64,000 nt of DNA from Euglena gracilis (Eukaryota), in contig CP154954.1 in the NCBI GenBank assembly GCA_039621445.1, positions 43,751,847-43,815,846 on the forward strand. The letters run 5' to 3'. Within the stretch, counting starts at the first letter, position 1, and every line of letters begins with the position of its first letter. The position numbers and the translations under genes were made by a program. Below are positions 16,301-28,772 of the stretch, piece by piece. Under the pieces are notes generated by a model. It did no database searches. It worked only from the letters and a program-made list of their open reading frames with translations, and was not told where the DNA came from.

Positions 16301-19253
16301 AAGGCATGAACACAGGACCCCGCCGGGCCCCCAACGGACATCGGGGAGCACGTCAAGGTGGAGATCCAGCACTTCTTCGAGACGTACAAGTCGCTGGAGA
16401 AGGACAAGTGGTCCAAGGTGACTGGCTGGCGCAACAAGAAGGCCGCCATCCAGGAGGTGCTCGACGCGGCTGCGACGTATGACCGCACCGCCACGGACTT
16501 CATCAACGTCCCCCGCCTGTACCACCTCAACCGAGCTGGCCCTGCCCCCCCCCCCCTAAAGGCCCCCAAAGCACACCGAGGGATTCATCGGCGCATGCGG
16601 TGAAAATGAAAAACCACGATGCGGAAAATTTCCAAAAACAGCCCGGAAATGCCACACCAAGGGAAAATGGGCCGTTTTGGCCCATTTCTCCAAAATGTGA
16701 CCCAACTTGTCACCACCATATCTTGGATATGTCCGACCATCGCTCTGTGAGAAAAAAGGGGTGTTAAAAAATATTCCATATTGCATGGTTTCGCTGTTCC
16801 TGACGACTGCTTGTATCACAAAGGTGCCCAGACAGGGCTTCCGGGTTGCGGTTCAGGTGCTCTCGGCGCGGCCGAGTCCCTTCCACCGCTGGAGGCTAAA
16901 ACAAAGCAGAGCCTAGCAAAAATGATGGAGGAAAATGGACCAGTGCAGAATTGAACAGAAGGAAAGGAAAGAGTGACCAAACCCCACTCCCGAGTCTGGT
17001 GCGTGTCTGTCTGTGTGCAGTAAGGCTGTGACTTGCCGACGCGAAAATGCATGTGTTTTCCTCACCACCGTGTTGGCATTGTGCCTTTTCCTTCTAATTT
17101 GCAGTGTGTGGGGCAGGGTGTGCAACCCGTGGCAATTAACCCGTTCAACGTGGTGCAGAGAACCGTGGCTCGTGTTCAACTGAAGGACACTTATTGGAGC
17201 TGATAGCATGGGGGTCGGGCAGGGACCCGCAGGGGGGCTCGCAGGGGACATTGGGGTGGAGGCGCCGAAGGTGGTCAACGCCGTCATTGAGAACCCGAAG
17301 GGCTCTTCCAACAAGTACAAATTCAGCAAGGAGGTCGGCCTGTTGAAGCTGGACCGCGTGTTCCAGCCGCCGCCCCAACCACACCAAATCCGCCCGCGCC
17401 CAACTGCAGGGTTGTACGGGAGTCTCCGCAACCGGGTGGTGGGTGGGGGGTTGGCCCCCCCACCCCCATCCTGGTGGGTGGGGGCGGTGTACCCCCCCCC
17501 ACCAGGCTTTTCCATATCTTCCCTTGGCATATTTCTGGGGGCGCCGCTTTTTTAGGTCAAATTTTCCTTTGGCGCCTTTGGCAGCTAAGGAGTTTTCTTT
17601 GCGCCAGTGCCATGGTCCCGGGTGGTGGGGGGTCTGACCCCCCCCCCCCAGGCCTTCCAGTATCCTGGTACAGGGGGGGGGTACATGGTAGGTGGAGGTT
17701 TGTGGTCACAAATCTTCTTTTTGTGAGCCATTTTCATTACGATTTTAACATGGTAACACCCGTGCCCCCCCCCCCCTGGCCCCCCTTTTGGGTCCATGGG
17801 AACTGGGGGGGCACTTTGGGGGGGGGCACTTTTGGCGCCAAAGGAAAATGGCCACTTTCAGGGTACCAACCCTCAAAGTGGCCAAAATTTTTGGCAAATT
17901 TTTGGCAAACCACCAAAATCAGAATAACCAATTTTTCGCATGGAGCCAGGTGTTTTTTTGGCCGTTCCTTATGCCTGGTCGGGGCAATCATGCCACGACC
18001 AGGCATACCCCCCCCCAACCTTGTGGCTGGGGCGGTGGGGCCACTCCTCTGCCTTCTACCCTGGCAACTACGGCTTCATTCCCCAGACCCTGGGCTCCGA
18101 CGGCAACCCGATGGACGTCCTCATCCTCTCCTCATTCCCTCCTGGGCCTCCCCATCGTCTGTGATGGGTTGATTGGGGGAGGGGGGTATACAATCACTAA
18201 GTCACTGGCCGACCCCCCCCCCCCCCGGGGGGGGGGGGGGTGGCTGGTTTTTTCAGAGTGACTGACTGGTTTTTGGCCCAGACTCCCTACCCCCGAGGGG
18301 GGGGGGGTCGGCAAAAAGCCACTAAAGTGCCTCGGCGCCGAAGGTGCCGGAAATTTTTTTGGTGTTTTTTTCTTCATGTTTTTGGTCAAATTTTCTTTGG
18401 ATTCCAGACTGGCCGACCTGGTGTCTGAAAAAAAGTGACTGACTGGCTTTTCGAAAAGTGGAGTGACCCCCCCCCCCCCCCCGGGAGGGTCGGCAAAAAA
18501 TTGTATGGAGGGGGGGGGTAGGGAGCGCGTCACCCCTCACTGTGTTCCCTGACGCTAGGGTGTATAATGTAAAATAATGTAATGTGATGTAAAGTGAGTG
18601 CCAGTTTTGAATGGGGTGGGGGACGTCTGACGATCCCCCTGCCCTAAGGGGAGGGGAGTTCCAAATGCCCTCCCTTTGGGTTGAGGGAGGGTGGGGGGGG
18701 AGGGTGCAGGGTGGATCGGCTATCGGGAAAAGTGTCTGGCCCAAAGCGTCAGGCATTTTGGGGGGTTTGCTGTTATTTTGGGGGTTTCAAAAGTGTCCTC
18801 CAAATCGGGTTATCCAGTTTTTTTTTGACAGATCAGTAAACAATCAGTGGACAAAACATAGCAGAATGGTGGCTAGCTATAGCACATAAACAGTAGCAAA
18901 ACCAGCTCTTTTCTGGTTTGAAGCAGAGGGGTTTCGGAACCCTCCTCCCTCGCATCACACCCTAACCCCCCCCCCCCCCAATAACCTGGCGGAGCCCTTG
19001 CTCCTGGCAGTGACCGAATAACCTTGAGGGGGGAGGTTCCAGTAACTTGGCACCCCCCACTTTTGGCAATAATCCTTTACGGCGCTGAAAAAAGGGCCCA
19101 AGTAGCCTGGCAAGGGGGGGGGGGCAGGGCCAAAAGTTGGTTCCAGTAACCTGGCACCATGCCAGGTTATTTGGGGGGTTACCTCCCTTGATGTCCAACT
19201 CTCACCCTCCCACTCTTCCACTCACCCATTGGCACACCAACACACGCACCACA

Positions 19254-19349
<96 letters not shown>

Positions 19350-19359
19350 CACACGCACA

Positions 19360-19403
<44 letters not shown>

Positions 19404-19413
19404 CACACGCACA

Positions 19414-19465
<52 letters not shown>

Positions 19466-21852
19466 CACACAGAAATACGCATGCACGCACGCACGCGACA
19501 CAGACCTGTTGGCAGCCATTGGGGGGGGGTCCGCAGCCGCTGCACTTCCAGTGCGTGGTGGCCGTGCGGGCGGTGGCCATGCTCTCCCTGGTCGACGAGC
19601 GCGGCCCCGACACGAAGATCATCGCTGTGGCAGTAAAGGAGCCGCGCATGGACGAGATCCAGGACCTGGACACACTGCCCGCCCACGTCAAGGAGGAGAT
19701 CCACAACTTCTTCCTCCACTACAAGGTGTGTGCCACGAAGTGTGTTGTGTGCGATGTGTGCGTTGTGTGCGTTGTGTGTGTGTGTGTGTTGTGTGTTGTG
19801 TGTTGTGTGTGTTGTGTGTGTGTTGTGTGTGCTGTGTGCGTTGTGTGCGTTGTGTGAGTGCTCAAGCTTGAACATTCTCCGGAGGGAGGGCAATTGATAT
19901 CCACAGTTCTCTTGCAACTTTCCATGCCGAATTTTCATCCGCACCCAATTTTCCAGTCCGCAATTTCCTGCGATTTTCTGCAGTTTTTCCCCCTTGCAAT
20001 TTCCCCCGAAATACTCGAAGATTGGGGGGATTGATTGGAGGCGTTTGGGAAAATGGCGAAAAAAAATTGAAATAAAATATACCGTGGTGGACACCCCTGA
20101 TATAATGTAGACTGAGGGAGAAAAGAAGGGGGTATTTCATGCATGAGCGTGCTCCACTGTCTCCAAGTGATGCACAAGGATGCTCATCAGCATCTTCCAG
20201 TTGCAGGTAAGTTGTAAGAGGCTCCGTCTCTAATGTCAATTGTCATTTTTTTCTCTGACTGGGACCCGTACAGAAAAGTGTCTCCTGCCTCCGCACCTGC
20301 TGCCCTGCCCTTATAGGGAGGGACCTGTCTCCTACCTCTGTACTCGCTGACTTGTCTGAGGCAGTTTCCTTGGGGGGGTTGGTATGATTTAGAGACAACA
20401 TACCCAGGCCAGGATTTCGAAGGGATGCTTGAAAGTTTGAAAGCATTACATGCCCCCCCCCCCCCGTCCAACCAAGCTTGTCCAACGACCGGCCCCTGGT
20501 CAGATGTGACGTTTTTGAAAACCATGCTGGTTCCAAAGATAAGGGAATAATTGTGTATTAATTTGCTTTTTTTTGCAAAAAAGCTGGACAAAAATGGCCA
20601 AAAAAATGATTAAAATGTCTGAAAATGCAAAATGCTAGGACTCAATATGGCTGAAAAATGGAAGGAAATTTCTAAGGGTGGCTTGACATTGCGCTAGATT
20701 GCGACAATTGGCCAAGAGTTTCCAAAAGCTGGCTAAAAAAATTGCCGAAATATTTTATAATGGCCAACAGTAGCTTAAAAAGAGTGGCACTTGGCCCCCT
20801 CTCCTTACATGCAAACTTGGCCTTCTGCCTTCTGCACATGGCTGCCAAAATTCTTAGTGCAAACCTGTTGCCCCTATAAGGTTGGCCCCTGGCTTTACCT
20901 TCAATAATGGCTTGGGCCAAGCGCCCCCCCCCCCGGGGGGATAGGTAACAGCGGCCAAAAGTGGCCCAAAGAGGCCAAAGTGACGAAATTAACCCAAAGG
21001 GCCGAAAGCACAGCATAAAATGGCCAGATCTTTGTACAATTTCTCCTGACCTGGGTCCCCCCCCGTCGCATAACCCCAACCCTGGCCGGAGACGAACGTT
21101 GGTGATCGTTGGACAAGGGGGTGTTGCGGACAAGTGCACGAGCACCTCTTCATTCCCCACAAAAGCGGTGAAAAGAGCGGGAAACAGCAGATACTACGAG
21201 TCGGGTAGCATCGTCCAGGACTGTTCTGGGGTTGGCAGGTGAACCATATCCATCCCCCGCTTTGGATTCCTTCAACCTCGCCCGGCCTGCCCGATCTGGC
21301 AATCTGAGGGGGTGTTGCCATGGGAGGTGGAAACGTGGAATGCTGCAACGCCGCCCGTGAACACGGCCGCAGCCAACCGCAGCCCTGCCAAATCCCACGT
21401 TAACCCTCCCCCTGCGTCTCAACAGGACCTGGAGGACACGGCCTCGTTCTCCCGCATCACCGGCTGGGGCGACCGACAGGACGCCATCGAGAAGATCCGC
21501 GCCGGCCACGAGCTGTTCTACCTCTTCGGGCAGCGCATGGACGAGGCCGCCCAGGGCCAACCCTACCCCCGCTGGGCGGTTGCCGAGGGTGCCCCAGTTA
21601 CCCCTCTCAGAGTCTTCATGATGGGCCGTTCCGCGGCATTGCCGTCTCCTTCCACACACCAGTTTGTCGGGCAGGCGGGGGGGGGGGTGGCAGAACGTTC
21701 GGGGCGGCTCTGCTCAGGAGGCGAAGGTCTTCAGCCTGGAGCAAGAGAACACGTCCCTGAAGGGGGAGCTGCAGGCAGTCCGCACCTACTGCGACGAAGT
21801 GGTGGCGAAGATGCAGGAGCAGATGCGGGCGCTGGAGAAGAAGGTCGGCTGA
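9537..21852 (+). CDS. ppa: Triple-domain soluble inorganic pyrophosphatase (family I) with C-terminal coiled coil, 14 exons, about 655 aa
   Basis: Exons: 9537-9679, 10104-10232, 12438-12537, 12751-12821, 13223-13386, 13846-14027, 14232-14417, 15638-15774, 16333-16528, 17247-17364, 18043-18133, 19533-19725, 21426-21548, 21718-21852 (1968 nt, in frame, TGA at end). Three sets of PPase motifs: ExPxGxxNKY, LDRVxHS, YGFxPxTLxxDGxPxD, DExGxDxK, EIxxFFxxYKxLE. The exon 5/6 junction is the least certain. Confidence 0.85.
10279..12075. mobile_element. TIR element (about 1.8 kb, non-autonomous) inside PPase intron 2
   Basis: Imperfect TIRs GGTGGCGTATCTCGCACTTAAGCTTTTT / AAAAAGCTTAAGTGCGAGATGTGCCGCC, AATAC on both flanks, internal TGCGCATTTG repeats, no transposase ORF. 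Confidence 0.7.
14232..16528 (+). CDS. ppa: PPase domain 2 (exons 7-9)
   Basis: [55 protein letters not shown]...[13 protein letters not shown]...[23 protein letters not shown]. Confidence 0.92.
17247..21548 (+). CDS. ppa: PPase domain 3 (exons 10-13), divergent active site
   Basis: [55 protein letters not shown]...[13 protein letters not shown]...[13 protein letters not shown]. Includes the only clear GT-AG intron of this gene (19726-21425). Confidence 0.88.
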
Positions 21853-22581
21853 CCCTTTCCCGCCCGGCGGCACGGCCGGCTGTCTGACACGGACCGGGTT
21901 GTCCCGGGGCGGGTTTCCCCGAAGGAAAACCGCTCTGCCGCAAAAGCATCGCCGCGGTGCCAGTGAAACTTCCTGCGATGAAGCGCATTTGAAACCTAAT
22001 TGACCCTCTATGTCTAAGACCCCCCCCCCCCGGTTGAAGGACACTTTGTTGGAGGTCTGGCCAGTCTGTGGAAGTGCTTTTTTGGACTGAACCCCCCCTG
22101 TCTCACCAGGATTGGGGGCAGGGGTTTTATTAAGGGCCCCGGGGGGGGGGGTCCAGCCTCCGGCTGGCAAAAAGGCTGCTGGCTGGAAATGAGCTGCTGG
22201 CTGGACCCCCCCCCCCCCAGGGGGCACAGGGGGGTCAGGGGCTGGAGGGGGCTGGGCTGGGCTGGGTCGATGAAAAACAAAATTTTCTAATACATTTTCG
22301 CCATTTTCGACATTTTGATGAATGGAGCTTGGTCAAGGCTGGGGGGCTGTGGCGACTGACCACCTTTGGAAGGAGGACACCTTTTTTGGCCAGAACCCTG
22401 TATCTCACAAGGCATGAGCGCCCACCCGCCACCAGAGGACAGAGGTTACCAGTCGTTGGGCATGGAGGGGGAACGTCTCCCCAAGTTGGCACCGCTACAG
22501 GCACAGCTTTGCTGGCAAACCACAGTGCAGGCAGGGACGCACCTTTAGTCACAGGGGGGACTGCCGGGCGTCATACACATA

Positions 22582-23049
22582 CCCGCCCCCCCCCCCCGGG
22601 TAATTGATCCCCCCCTCCCCCGGGCAATTGACGCCCCCAGGCAATTGTCACCCCTGGCTGTGCCGGCCAATTTGTCACCCCGGGAAATTGTCACCCCCTT
22701 CCGTGCTGCCCAATTTATCACCCCCGTTTGCAGTATTGCACTGTGAACTCTCTTTTCGCCGACACGACTCAATTGATATTCTGTTTTGCTACAGCGTGCT
22801 GAGAGCTTTCGCATACCAAACGCTCTGCAAAGTATCACGATCACAGCTGCATTTTTGCTCCATTCACTTGTGTTTCAGATGGTGTTGTTGGTCATTTGGT
22901 GTTAATGTGGCTTATATGGGTGGGCAATTGACGCCCCCGGGCAATTGACGCCCCCCTCTGTGCCGGCCAGATTGTCACCCCGGGAAATTGCCACCCCCCT
23001 CCGTGCTGCCCAATTTGTCACACGACGATAGCCCGGGGGGGGGGGCGGG
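22582..23049. mobile_element. TA-flanked MITE family with GGGCAATTGACGCCCCC subterminal repeats (copy 1 of 5)
   Basis: Ends TA|CCCGCCCCC...GGGGGCGGG|TA. Shared core CCGTGCTGCCCAATTTGTCAC. Other copies at 40109-40304, 42321-42825, 49140-49530 and 50032-50247, in both orientations. Confidence 0.85.
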
Positions 23050-23878
23050 TATAGGTTTACGGCTCACTTTTCCCTGCCTTCCCCACCCGGCCGCCGGCCA
23101 CAGTGCGAGTGGCGGGTTTGTGAGCTGCTTGGTCTGCTCCGGCTCTGTGTCCCCCCGACCGACTCCCCTCCTACAACAGCCAGGTGACCCACTCCGCCAG
23201 GTGCAGTGCTGGACCACAAGTGGGAGCAAGGGACGAACGTGGCAAACTTGGCATGCGCACGTTCCTGAAGTATCCCGATCCCCCGCTTTTTGGTCTTGCC
23301 CAGCCTTAAAAATACGAACGGTTGGCCAATATTTTTAGCCCCGTGAATAAATTGTGGTCTTTTGCTATAGAGCAACCCCACCCGAAGCCCAGCTGCCATG
23401 TTCGTATCATATTACATGTCCTCATGAACAAACTCAAGTTAAGTTTGAGCACCTGAGTCATCCACACCCGTGGTGCCAGTGTCCATCTTTGGGCCTATGC
23501 ATTTACCGATATCTCTGCAGGGGTTTGGCACTTTGTGCAACGAAGGACGTAGCAAGCAACCCAACCTGAATGACAATCCCACACATGCAGGCTGCGGACC
23601 GCCCTCACCAAACCCCGGACAGGCGCCATATATCTGTCTTTCTGTCTGTCTGTCTGTCTTTCTGTTTGTCTGTCTGTCTGTCTCCCTGCCTGCCTGCCTG
23701 CCTGGCTGCCTGCCTGCCTGCCTGACCGTGTGTCTGTGTCTATTTGAATGTCTGTCTGTCTGTCTGTCTGTCTATGTGTGTGTGTGTATGTATATAAGTA
23801 TGCATGCATGTACGTATGTGCATATGTGTGTATGTAAGTATGTATGTATGTATATTTCGCAAGCGGGTGTGGGTCGGA

Positions 23879-24225
23879 GGGTGGTTGGTGTTACTGCTTA
23901 CTGAAAGCACAGGGGTTTGGGTTAGGACCGGCCAACTGGATTTTCGCCCCCGCGTGAAATGCGCATCTGGCCTGGCCTCAGCCGCGGGATTCCCAAAGGT
24001 GGCAGATTGGCAGTAAAACCCGTCGAACGGTTCGGGGACTGGGTCCTCCTAGCCTTTGGAGTGACAGGAATAGGGCGGGTGCTAGGATTTGCGATGCAGG
24101 CATTGTTATGAGGCCACCCGCGCAGGGAGGCCGGATGCGCAACCTGCGTGCGGGGGCAGAAATCCGGCCAGCCGGTCCTAACCCTAACCCTCTGCGCCTT
24201 CAGCAATCAGTAACTCCAACCACCC
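23879..24225. mobile_element. Foldback/MITE with about 65-bp TIRs containing telomere-like GGGTTAGG / CCTAACCCTAACCC
   Basis: Left arm GGGTGGTTGGTGTTACTG...GGGTTTGGGTTAGGACCGGC is complementary to right arm GCCGGTCCTAACCCTAACCC...CAGTAACTCCAACCACCC. Second copy at 31752-32080. Confidence 0.75.
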
Positions 24226-26425
24226 AGTGCGGGGTCGTGAGTAACAAGGGATTTCTTAAGCTGGAGGGTACCCCATCCCCTGGGGGGGTCCATCCAGCCA
24301 GCAGCTCAAATCCAGCCAGCAGCCCAATTTGGGGCTTGCCCCCCCCTTGGAGGGGGGGTCGAGTGAAATAAAGTCGCGTCCATCCCGGTCGAAGGCCAGG
24401 CCAGCCGGCCGCAGCCTGGCCAGCCAACTGGGCTGCCCAGCTCACCTGTCCCTGCATTTTTCCCCTCACCACAGCTTCCTCCATCACAGCCCCCCAACCT
24501 TGATCCAGCTCCGTCCATCAAAATGTCAAGAAGGCAAAAATGTTTTAGAACAGTTTGCTTCTCATCGACCCAGCCCAGCCCAGCCCGCTCAAGCCCCGGA
24601 CCAGATTTTGAATAGCGCTGAGCTCTTAATCGGACTTGCACGTAATGGAAGACCGAAAATACTAGCATTGCAACTTTGCGTAATTTATGATTTACAAATT
24701 TCACACTTGCAATTTACGGTAACTCACAATATTAGAGCACAGACCCCACCATACCCCTCCCCACCCCTTTTCTTCAATTTTCTTCGCCTTTTTTTGACCC
24801 AGAAATGACCCAAAATCCATGGCTTTCCGGGCAAAAAACGGGGGCCGGGGGGGGGGTCGAAATCGCTCATTTTCGGCTGAAAACCAGGTTTTCCGGGTCC
24901 TGGAGGCCAAAAAACATCGTTCCAGGCAAAAAAAATTGATTTTTTCGACTTTTTCGACCTGTTTTTTTAACCCATTTTTATTTTTAACCCAAAATCCATT
25001 GGTTTCGGGCCAAAAACGGGGGGGGGGGGGCTGGGGGGGGGCGAAAAACACTCAATTTCGGCTCAAAACCGGTTTTCCGGGCTGGGAGGCCAAAAAACAC
25101 GGTTTCAGACAATTTTTTTTTGATTTTTTTTCGACTTTTTTTTTACCGAAAATGGTCAAAAGGGCTAAGGCAAAACAGGCCAAAACTGCACAAAATGGCC
25201 AAAATCGGCCGAAAAATGGCCGTAACTTGGGCTGGGTGGGGAGTTGCCGGGAAATCAAAACACTGTTAGATGGGGCATTTTAAGGGCTTCAATTCAGGTC
25301 TCTGGACATTTCCTTTGATTCCCCACCATTTTTTGAGCAATCTTAGAAAAATTGATTTTTGGACCCAAAAGGTGCCGAAAACGGCTGAGTCACAAGCCCT
25401 GCCGTGCTGTTTTTGGCTGTAAATCGGCCATATTTCGGGCCAGGCGGGGAGTTGCGGGGAAATTAAAATGCCCTTAGATGGGGCACTGTAAGGGCTTTAA
25501 TTTGGGTCTCCGGACGTTTTCTTTGATTTTGCTTCATTTTCGAGATATTTTGGAAACATCGTTTTTTTCGCCCCCAAAAACGACCCAAAATGGCCCCAGA
25601 AATGGGCCAAAATTGGCCGGAAAATGGCTGTAACTCGGGCTGCACGAACAGTCGAGGGGAAAGTATGGTTGGATAGGGCATTCGAAGGGCTTCATTTTTC
25701 TTTGATTTTGCTTCATTGTCGAGATGTTTTGGAAACCCCGATTTTTTGAGCAAAAGACGGCCCCAAAAACTCCCCAAAATGGCCGTTTTGGGCCGCAAAA
25801 ATGCATGCTTGGCCGGAGTTGGCTTGCATGCATGTCGGCGGCCAAAATGGCGAACGGGGTGATAGAGGGCCTCCGAGGGTACATTTTGTCAGTGGGACAC
25901 TTCCGGAGATAATGTCCAGATATTTTTGAAAAAGCGATTTTTTGACCGATTTTTGGACCCCGGCGAAATGGCAGAGCCGGAAGAGGGGGAGGGCGGGCCA
26001 ATCCTACCCAGTTTGGACCCCTTCGCGGCTGGATAACTCGGGCCTGGCGGGGAGTTGGGGGTCAAACGGAGGTGATTCGGAAACTAGAAATCCAGTCGCT
26101 CGTGACTGAAGACAAATTTCGGGAACGGAGCCGTGATCATGGTGATAATCCGCCGGTTCCTGAGGTGGCCCCGACCGGGGGGGGGGGGAAGGGGGGGGTT
26201 CCGACCCCCCCTTTTGCCCAGAATTGAGCTTCGCTCTTACCCATAAAGGGATAAGAGCTCAGCGCCCCCCCCATCTCCCCGGGGGGGGGGGTCCAGCCAG
26301 CAGCTCGTTTCCAGCCAGCAGCCTGTTTTTCAGCCGGAGGCTGGACCCCCCAGGGGGGGGGGGTCCTTAAGGACGTCGTTAAGGTCCCTGGTCGTGAATA
26401 GCAAGGGCCCCAGGGGGGCTTGCTA

Positions 26426-27437
26426 CAGGGGGGGAAACATGCACCGTGCAGTTTTTTTTTTGCAGTTTTTTTTTGCAGTTTTTTTGATTCCTGTTTTGAG
26501 GAAACCTGAGGCGTCTGTTTTTTTTTGGTGCTGGATTCTATGTTTGAAGGGTGTTTCTCAAGAAAAAGCATCACCTGTTCACGAGTTGTGTTGTCTACAG
26601 TTATCCCACCAATTGTCTTGCCCCAAACTGTCTTGCCAGCTGTCTTGCCTCTGAATACAACAGAGATTGGTGTAGCCACCATTCCAAAAAAAAACAGATT
26701 GTTTTGGTGACAAACCCACAACTTTTCCCCAACCAAAATTGCTCCGTCTCCAGCCTGTGGTGACAGATGTCACGATGCTTATTTTGGCAAGCGCCATTTG
26801 CACACTCCTGAGCAGATTCAACTATTTACGTTGGGATTCCTAGGGACTAAATCCAAAAATTGTTTCTTTTTTGTGCAAATTTTGGCTGAAGTTGGAGTTG
26901 AGGATTTCGAAATTCGCGATGCCGCAATGGAGCACAAGCTCCTGAAGAAGATTGGGTCTTGCCCCAAGCATTGTGGCCAAATGTCACACAATCCAAATGC
27001 TTCAAAGACCGAAAGTTCCAAACTGAACATCCCCTGCAAGAAATGAAAGCATTTAAAATTCATGTGTATGGGTAAATGTGCATTTTCCCCATATTTAGAA
27101 AGGAAACCGTTTGGCATCTTGGCATGTGCAGGAAAACCGGTGTGACCCGGCATCGAAACACATGACTTGCATTTCAGTGCATGAAAAGCCATGCATAGTG
27201 CACCTTGATTGAGTGCTTCCATTTTGTCGTCATCGGCTCCAAAGCTGTGCAAAAAAGTTATGTGAATTGGGGCGTGCTCCTGTGGTCGCAATTTACGTTG
27301 TTTTGCAGATGCACACCATTTCAGCTTGTTTATTGTTCTTTTTTGTTGAAGTGCAGTTTTTTTTTTGCAGTTTTTTTTTTCAGTTTTTTTTGCAGTCCAG
27401 TTTTTTACCGGCCCGTGTGCAGTTTCTCCCCCCCCTG
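26426..27437. mobile_element. CAG...CTG TIR element with 7-bp TSD (second copy about 58170-59309)
   Basis: TIR CAGGGGGGGAAACATGCAC / GTGCAGTTTCTCCCCCCCCTG. CTTGCTA duplicated on both flanks. Empty site at about 32119. Homologous body at 58170-59309. Confidence 0.8.
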
Positions 27438-28054
27438 CTTGCTACCCGCCTGCCATATGAATAATAGAAAAAATACACATACAAATATGTTTATATATAT
27501 GCACATGGCAAGGCTAATTCTCTGCCCCCCCCCGCCCCCCGGGGGGGCAGTGGTTTAACCTGGGGGTGTCCCACTTCTTTCACCAACTCCAATTTTTGGG
27601 TTTCGCGATGTACAGTGTTTCCGTTAATTTTTGGGGTGGGGATAGGATTTGGATTTGGGTTAGGGTTACAATTCCGGGAAAAAGTACGGTCGAAATCGGA
27701 TGAAAAAAGGGGGCCCAAAATTCGGCCTAAAATTCGGTCGAAACTGGGCCGAAATTTGCTCGAACTGCCTAATTCCCCCTAACCGCAACCCCTAAACCTA
27801 ACCCTACCCTAAAACCCTAACCCTATTCCGGAAATTAACCCCAAAACCTGCTCCATCTTCAAAAAAATTTTCCTCCGGTGCACGGATTTCCCTGGGAAAA
27901 TGTGGGGGGACCCAGTAGTTTCACCTGGGCGGCCGAAGTCCCCGGTAGGTACAACCACTGGCCCCGGGGGGGGGGGGCAGAGAATTGGCTTTGCCGTATA
28001 TATACCATGCAAGGGTGGGCTCCGCTGACCACGCACCCCCTCACAGGTGGACGG

Positions 28055-28772
28055 CAAGGATGGATATTGGTTATCGGCCCATATCGGCTTTATCGAAAAT
28101 ATCGATTATATTGGGTCCGAAAAAAAATATCGGCTTTATTGGGGGGGGGTTCATGCACTTTTCCCTTGTTTTTGGTCCCTGTTATAACCAAATTTGGAAT
28201 CTCCGAACAGCAAAATTTGAAAAAAAAGTATCGATGTCATCAAGTTGGGAGTTCAGCACCAAATCAGGAATCACCAACCCAAATGCAGAATTTAAACCCC
28301 AAAATGTTCAAAAATATAGCCCAAAATATTGCAAAGTGGCCAAAAAGGGCAAAAATGGCCCAAAATGGGCCAAAGCGGCCCAAAAATAGCTTGACTTGAC
28401 CTAAAATGGACCCAAAGAAAAAAAATAAGCCAAAAAAATGGCCAAAAATGCCCAAAATGCCTGAATACTGCTCAAGGTTCCCCAAATTTGCAAAACTTGC
28501 CAGAAGTGGCCCAAAGGAACTCTTGATGGACCAAAAAAAAAAGCCAAAAATAGTCCACATTGCCCAAAAGGAGCGCAAGATGACCCAAAATTGCCAAAAT
28601 GGATTGGAAAATGAGCAAATAGTGGCTTCATGACCCAAAATGCCCCAAGGTTGGCCTAAATTATTTCTCCATATCGGTTTTCCTCGGATTTATCGTGGAT
28701 ATCGGGGGGGGGGGGTCGAAAAATCGGGTTTTATCGGGACCCCCCCCAACCCAATATCAATATCCATCCTTG
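28055..28772. mobile_element. MITE with CAAGGATGGATATT TIRs and about 7-bp TSD
   Basis: TIR CAAGGATGGATATTG / CAATATCCATCCTTG. Flanks TGGACGG / TGGATGG. Empty sites at about 32240 and about 3027. Confidence 0.8.

Larger units (their letters stand above)
22237..24598. repeat. Pair of about 115-bp inverted repeats (22237-22352 and 24481-24598)
   Basis: GGGCTGGGCTGGGCTGGGTCGATGAAAAACAAA...ACATTTTGATG...TCAAGGCTGGGGGGCTGTG is the imperfect reverse complement of 24481-24598. Confidence 0.7.

Noticed and set aside
9537-21852. Reading the PPase pieces as a fragmented pseudogene or bacterial contamination
   Set aside because: All pieces join in frame with consistent paired intron ends and retain catalytic motifs.
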